Notes under the pieces: generated by a model
Told to the model about the DNA's origin: nothing
Database searches by the model: none
What the model saw: only the letters and a program-made list of their open reading frames with translations
In this document: one piece after another, positions 59,004 to 64,000 of the stretch
How the letters are laid out: every line of letters starts with the position of its first letter
Position numbering within the stretch: the stretch's first letter is position 1
NCBI GenBank assembly: GCA_963666275.2
Contig: CAXXOA010000001.1
Location: 1,152,001 to 1,216,000 of the forward strand
Reading direction: 5' to 3'
Length of the DNA stretch: 64,000 nt
DNA from: Oceanispirochaeta sp.
Lineage (GTDB): Bacteria > Spirochaetota > Spirochaetia > DSM-2461
Made by a program: the position numbers and the translations under genes

Positions 59004-62000
59004 TCAGGGAATAACTTCCAGTTCCTGGGGCAGGGGAGTTTCAGGGGAGGCAGGGGGCTCCGAACAGGGCCTTTTTTCTTTCATCATGGAAAGAACGACA
59101 GGCAGAACCGCCAGGGTCAGGAAGGTTCCGAATATTAGTCCCCAGGCAATGGATATCCCTACAGGCACCATCATCTGTCCGCCCACGCTCTTCTGAAAGA
59201 TAAGAGGCCCCAGGCCTATGGATGTTGTCAGAGTCGTCATGAGGATGGGCCGGAACCTCTGCAGCGCCGCCTCTCTGGCGGCTTCCATTGATGAACTCCC
59301 GCTACGGATCTTTTTGTTGAAACAGTCGATCAGAACCACCGAGTCGTTGACTATGATCCCCCCCAGGGCCACACTGCCCAGAAAGGAGATGAAAGAGATC
59401 GGTTTTCCCATGATGATATGGCCGTAGAGGGCTCCCAGAAAACCCAGAGGAATCAGCGACAGAACAAGCAATGCCTGGCCCCAGGATTTCATCTGAAACA
59501 GAAGGAGGGTAAACATCACCAGAAGCGCCAGAGCCATGCTGAAGATCATGGAACGGATCATTTTATCCACCCAGGCGGCCTGGCCGCCTTTGGAAAGGGA
59601 GACTCCCTCAACCCGGGAGAGAATTTCAGGCAGGATTATTTCATTCACTTCCTTCATAACCAGGTTTATCTCGGTGACTTCCGTATCCACTCCGGCCATG
59701 ACCCTGAGGGAACGGTATCCGTTCTCCCGCCGGATGCTCCTTTCGCTCCTCTGCAGTGTAAAGTCCGCCACCTCTTTCAGGCGGACCGCCGTCCCCTCAG
59801 GCGTCTTGATAAGAAGATTTTCCACCCGGTTAAGAGAGTCCCTCTCCATGAGAGGATAGCGGAGAAGAACAGGGATCCTATTCCGTCCCTCCTGTATGGT
59901 CATCAGTTCACTCCCGTAGAATCCCATTCTGAGCTGACTCACAACACCGGCAGTGGTCAGTCCCAGGGCTCTTCCCCTGTTATTCAGTGTCAGAAGGAAC
60001 TCTTTCTGTCCCAGAGGCATATCATCTCTGATATCCTTTACACCTTTTATTCCTCTGAGTTTTTCCTTAAAAAGATCAGCTGCCAGCTCCAGCTGCTCTT
60101 TCTCCCTTCCGAGAAATCGGATCGACACGGGATCTCCTCCGAACATGGAATCGTTCCCTATAAAGAGGGATTCCACCTGGGGATATTCAGGAAACTCCCG
60201 AGCCAGGTCAAGGGAAAAGCTGTTGACTGTGAAATCCCGTACTTTATTATCCTGGAGGATCAGATAGACAAAAATCTGATTGCTGTTTCCCCAGGAGAGG
60301 TAGTCGGCAATGGCGTTATCATACTTTTTACTGTCTCCGACATAATCCTTTCCGAACTGCAGCGCAAAGGCTTCCATATCCTCTCTGACCGCATCGATCA
60401 CATCCGAGGAGGTTCCCGAGGGAAACTGAACCTGCGCATATACATAGGGGGCCTCAATATCCGGGAAAAATGCGGCCCTGATATGGTTGCCCATAACCGC
60501 TCCGACCGAGATCATCAGGGTGCATCCCAGGATCGTAAGGATCACAGCTCTGTTCGAAAGGGCATAGTTCAGGAAGGGAGAGTAGATCCTGTGGATCAGG
60601 TAATACTGGAATACCTCCAGTTTCCGCCGCAGTTTACCGGGATTTCTGGCACTGTCGGTAAGGGATTTCGAATGAGCCAGATGGGCCGGCAGAAGGATAA
60701 GGGCCTCCACAAGGGAAAAGGCGAGGCTGGCTATGACGACCATACCGATCTGGCGTGTGTATTTGCCCATTTCACCATAAATATAAAAGTAGGGGACAAA
60801 GGCAACCATTGTGGTGGCAATGGAGATCAGGACAGGAGATATCACCTCCATGGTACCGTCTATGGCCGCCTGCCGCCTTGTTTTGCCCAGTCTGTGCCAC
60901 TGATCATAGATGCTCTCTCCAATCACTATTCCGTCATCCACCAGGATTCCTATGATCATGATCATTCCGAAAAGAGACATTTCGTTGATGGTGATCTTCA
61001 TCATCCATTCCAGGAATATAAGGCCCATGAATGAGATGGGGATTCCCAGGGCAACCCAGAAAGAGAGACGGGTATTGAGGAACAGTCCCAGGATCAGAAC
61101 CACCAGCACCAGTCCCATCATTCCGCTCCGGGCCAGGGTGCCCAGGCGGTCATTCAGTTCATCCACATCACGGATATAGGTCTGAAAGGTCAGACTGTCT
61201 TTGTATTTCTCCCGGTAGTCCACAAGCTGGGCATCCACGATCTTTGAAATTTCTATGACATCCTCGGTGTTGCTGTACATGATCTGAAGCCCCACAGCCT
61301 CCCGGCCGTTGGCTCTTGTATAAACCTCATTTTCCTCTCTGCCGGTTCTGACAGTGCACAGATCCTTCAGGTAGAGAGTTCCCCCCGAAGGAGTGGCGCT
61401 GAGGATAATCTCTTCCAGTTCGGGTATGGTTGTTTTTTTCTCGTAGGTTCTTATCTGGATCTCCTCCTGCCCCGTAAGGATGGATCCTGCAGACAGGTTC
61501 AGGCTGGAGGACTGGACGGCATTTTGAATATCCTCCAGAGTGAGACCGTAACGCTCTAGATTGGCAGAAAGAGGCTCTATGACTATCTGCTCTCCCGGAA
61601 ATCCCCATGTATTGATCTGGGTGACATTTCCGGTTCTGATAAGGTCCTCCCTGAACTCGCCGGCGACTTCTTCCAGAGTTTTGAGATTGTCTGTGCCGTA
61701 TATGAAAAGGAGCATGACCCTGTTCCATTCGGTTTCCTGATAGATCACAGGTTTTTCCGCATCCGCCGGATACTCCGGTGAAGTTTCAACCGCGGATCTG
61801 ACCTTATCCAGGAGCTTGTCCATGGGGTACCAGGGCGAGGTCTCCAGACCGAACCAGCCGCCTCCGTCATAGGCCGAAGAGGTGATCTCCATGATTCCCT
61901 CCAGACCCTGGAGCTGTTCCTCCAGGGGAAGGATCATTCCCTCCTCCACTTCCCGGGCGGAAGCCCCCGGCCAGGAGAGATTGATGGAAATGTAATCAAA

Positions 62001-62126
62001 CTCAATTTTGGGCCATATCCGTTTCTGCAGATTGAGCAGTCCGAATGTCCCCGCTGCAAAAATCAGGATCATCAGCCAGTTGGCAAGCAGGGAGTTGTCG
62101 ACAAAAAATGCTATAAGCTTTTTCAT
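59004..62126 (-). CDS. RND efflux permease (AcrB/AcrD/AcrF family)
   Basis: PGAS..EVE, GILVDDGIV..E, VNDSVVL, RFRPILMTT; 1040 aa. Confidence 0.94.
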   Translation of the reverse strand: MKKLIAFFVDNSLLANWLMILIFAAGTFGLLNLQKRIWPKIEFDYISINLSWPGASAREVEEGMILPLEEQLQGLEGIMEITSSAYDGGGWFGLETSPWYPMDKLLDKVRSAVETSPEYPADAEKPVIYQETEWNRVMLLFIYGTDNLKTLEEVAGEFREDLIRTGNVTQINTWGFPGEQIVIEPLSANLERYGLTLEDIQNAVQSSSLNLSAGSILTGQEEIQIRTYEKKTTIPELEEIILSATPSGGTLYLKDLCTVRTGREENEVYTRANGREAVGLQIMYSNTEDVIEISKIVDAQLVDYREKYKDSLTFQTYIRDVDELNDRLGTLARSGMMGLVLVVLILGLFLNTRLSFWVALGIPISFMGLIFLEWMMKITINEMSLFGMIMIIGILVDDGIVIGESIYDQWHRLGKTRRQAAIDGTMEVISPVLISIATTMVAFVPYFYIYGEMGKYTRQIGMVVIASLAFSLVEALILLPAHLAHSKSLTDSARNPGKLRRKLEVFQYYLIHRIYSPFLNYALSNRAVILTILGCTLMISVGAVMGNHIRAAFFPDIEAPYVYAQVQFPSGTSSDVIDAVREDMEAFALQFGKDYVGDSKKYDNAIADYLSWGNSNQIFVYLILQDNKVRDFTVNSFSLDLAREFPEYPQVESLFIGNDSMFGGDPVSIRFLGREKEQLELAADLFKEKLRGIKGVKDIRDDMPLGQKEFLLTLNNRGRALGLTTAGVVSQLRMGFYGSELMTIQEGRNRIPVLLRYPLMERDSLNRVENLLIKTPEGTAVRLKEVADFTLQRSERSIRRENGYRSLRVMAGVDTEVTEINLVMKEVNEIILPEILSRVEGVSLSKGGQAAWVDKMIRSMIFSMALALLVMFTLLLFQMKSWGQALLVLSLIPLGFLGALYGHIIMGKPISFISFLGSVALGGIIVNDSVVLIDCFNKKIRSGSSSMEAAREAALQRFRPILMTTLTTSIGLGPLIFQKSVGGQMMVPVGISIAWGLIFGTFLTLAVLPVVLSMMKEKRPCSEPPASPETPLPQELEVIP

Positions 62127-63286
62127 GGAACTGCGACTTCCTTTTTCAGAGCCATACCCGGAAACGGCTTCTGCAGGCGAGTCAGGATAATGCCTGTCCC
62201 GTCCGGGAGGGTGGGTTTAAGAATCACAGAGTCTCCCTGGACAGCCGCAGTCTCAACAGGCAGGAAAACAAGTTTACCCCGGTCATAGACATTGATTGTG
62301 CCGTCCGCATTGAGCAATGCCCGGGGGATACTGTAGGCCCTGTCAAGAGTTATTCCCTGAAGTTTAACTTCCGCGTAGTTGCCGGGAAGCAGAAGAGGGT
62401 AGGCTTCAGGATTGTCAAATCTCAGATGCACATTTATGGTTTGCGTGCTACTGTCCATCACTCCATCCTGCCGTACCCTTTCGGCAGTCAGTGCGCGACC
62501 GCCCGGGAGGCCTGCAGGTTTAATGAAGGCGCCGGTTTTATTCTCATCCAGTAGCAGCATCTGGTCTCTGGTCAGGGGAACAGCCACTTCCAGATGGACC
62601 GTATCTGTCAGAGTCAGCAGGGTCTGTCCGGCTGTGACAAAGCTGCCGGACTCAACACCGTCTCCTACGATATATCCGTCAAAAGGGGCTGTAACTCTAT
62701 AATAGGAGAGCTGGGTTTCTCTGTCTCTGGCAGTATAGTAGGCCGACAGGATTCCGTAGGTACTTGTCAGGAGGAGTTCTCTTTCCGTTTTTGTTTCCGG
62801 AAGGGGAGGGATCTGATTTTCATGGCTGTTCAGTTCCCTCAGATACTCCTGCCAGCGCTGATAGACCGTATCTGAACTGTCGGTTTTCAGGGCGCTCAGA
62901 AGAGAGGCCGTCGCCTGGATCAGCTGAACCCTGGCAAGAGCAAGGCTGTTGCGGATACTCTGATCATCCAGATGCACAAGGACGTCTCCCGCTTTCACGG
63001 CAGTGCCGCTTTTCAGAGCACCCGGAGGATTTTCCACCTGACCGGCCACCCGTGAGAGGATCTGTATGGACCGGGTGGAACTGATATACCCCCGGGCTTC
63101 CACTGTGAGGGACACAGGGGCATAGCTGAGTTCGGCCACTTCTACAAGGCGGCCCTCATCCTCCTCTTCCGGTGCCTCGGGCTCTGCCGAAAAATTGATA
63201 AGATACGCTGTTATACCGGCCGCAGCGATAAGAAGGGCGGCCATGATCATCAGGTTTTTTTTATGTTTCAGGAAAAGTTTTTTCAC
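62123..63286 (-). CDS. RND periplasmic adaptor (MFP)
   Basis: N-terminal TM, V.GQV...G..VKAGDVL lipoyl half, APFDG, L.PG.Y. Confidence 0.92.
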   Translation of the reverse strand: MKKLFLKHKKNLMIMAALLIAAAGITAYLINFSAEPEAPEEEDEGRLVEVAELSYAPVSLTVEARGYISSTRSIQILSRVAGQVENPPGALKSGTAVKAGDVLVHLDDQSIRNSLALARVQLIQATASLLSALKTDSSDTVYQRWQEYLRELNSHENQIPPLPETKTERELLLTSTYGILSAYYTARDRETQLSYYRVTAPFDGYIVGDGVESGSFVTAGQTLLTLTDTVHLEVAVPLTRDQMLLLDENKTGAFIKPAGLPGGRALTAERVRQDGVMDSSTQTINVHLRFDNPEAYPLLLPGNYAEVKLQGITLDRAYSIPRALLNADGTINVYDRGKLVFLPVETAAVQGDSVILKPTLPDGTGIILTRLQKPFPGMALKKEVAVP

Positions 63287-63459
63287 TCTATTCTCCCCGT
63301 ACGGATTGGAACAAAAGGAACTGCCTTTCTTATGGTTTTCCGAGCGGTTCCTGTTGATTTAACACAGCAGATGTACAGTTTTGTTACCGAAAAGAATAGT
63401 ATACACAGTGTTTGAATAATTAACACCCTTGCTTTTAAAAGTGTCCTGCGTTGAAGCAG

Positions 63460-63492
63460 AAAAAAAGGATCCCCCTTGAGGAGGATCCTTTT
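63460..63492 (-). terminator. Intrinsic terminator of cstA
   Basis: AAAAGGATCC...GGATCCTTTT stem with a U-run on the minus strand. Confidence 0.75.
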
Positions 63493-63513
63493 CAGTCAGG
63501 AAAACAGCCGCAA

Positions 63514-64000
63514 TCAGGCCGCTTCCGCTGCAGGGACGCTGTTTCTGGTGGAAAAGACAACAAAGATACCGAACAGAACAACCGCGATGACAATTCCTGC
63601 GGGAGTGGCAAAGGAGGCGGGGAGTTTGAATCCCTCGGGAGCCTGCAGGATATAGGTGGTTACCACAGCGCTCATGAAGGTTGCCGGGATCGTGGCGATC
63701 CAGTGAAACTTCTGTTTTCTCACAAGGTAGACTGCTGCCGTCCACAGAACGATTGTTGCCAGAGTCTGATTGGACCAGGCAAAGTAACGCCATATAATGG
63801 AGAAGTCGATAAAGTTCAGGGCAAATCCGATAGCAAACAGGGGAATGGCAATTTTAAGTCTGTTTCCGATCCCGTCCTGTTTCAGATTCATAGAGTCTGC
63901 AATGGTGAGTCTGGCGCTTCTGAAGGCCGTATCTCCCGAACTGATGGGACAGGCAATTACACCGAGAAGTGCCAGAAGGCCTCCGAAAGTACCCAGAAGG
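63514..64000 (-). CDS. cstA: Carbon starvation CstA-family transporter (3' part; runs off the window)
   Basis: Frame open to the edge: CPISSGDTAFRSARL, IWRYFAWSNQTLA, PATFM. Confidence 0.9.
   Translation of the reverse strand, partial: LLGTFGGLLALLGVIACPISSGDTAFRSARLTIADSMNLKQDGIGNRLKIAIPLFAIGFALNFIDFSIIWRYFAWSNQTLATIVLWTAAVYLVRKQKFHWIATIPATFMSAVVTTYILQAPEGFKLPASFATPAGIVIAVVLFGIFVVFSTRNSVPAAEAA

Noticed and set aside
59418..61034. 538-aa plus-strand ORF
   Set aside because: Antisense shadow of the RND permease
1..64000. CRISPR arrays, tRNA and rRNA genes
   Set aside because: No regularly spaced repeats or RNA-gene signatures seen by eye in the intergenic regions

Overview
Bacterial chromosomal window of roughly 50% GC by eye, probably from a free-living Spirochaetaceae member. 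That is an inference from the spirochaete-style signal peptides, stand-alone Cys-free rpsD, FapA and HDOD genes. The left end (1-10 kb) holds a Pel-type exopolysaccharide locus: pelD/E/F/G-like genes on the minus strand, followed by a lipoprotein. A 1.2-kaa protein with a CBM-like domain, TPRs, a coiled coil and a beta-rich C-terminus is transcribed divergently from it. This non-canonical Pel architecture is the best candidate for an undescribed system. The middle carries many c-di-GMP and chemotaxis genes (HDOD, 2 HD-GYP, EAL, 2 GGDEF, 2 MCP, CheY-CheC-PAS/GGDEF), a TAXI-TRAP transporter, tRNA-modification enzymes and a DUF1638-hydantoinase fusion. A decayed, lower-GC accessory patch (about 32.3-41.1 kb) contains an internally deleted HEPN toxin with intact MNT, radC, LarA-like and DctM remnants, a FadR-MBL-GntP operon with duplicated promoter/operators, and an IS3 relic. 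The right part has a dpp/opp ABC operon, rpsD, DUF1893 with a metal ABC transporter, a nitroreductase, an RND pump and a partial cstA. At least seven genes look leaderless. No rRNA, tRNA or CRISPR array was seen. All family calls come from motif recognition, not database searches.
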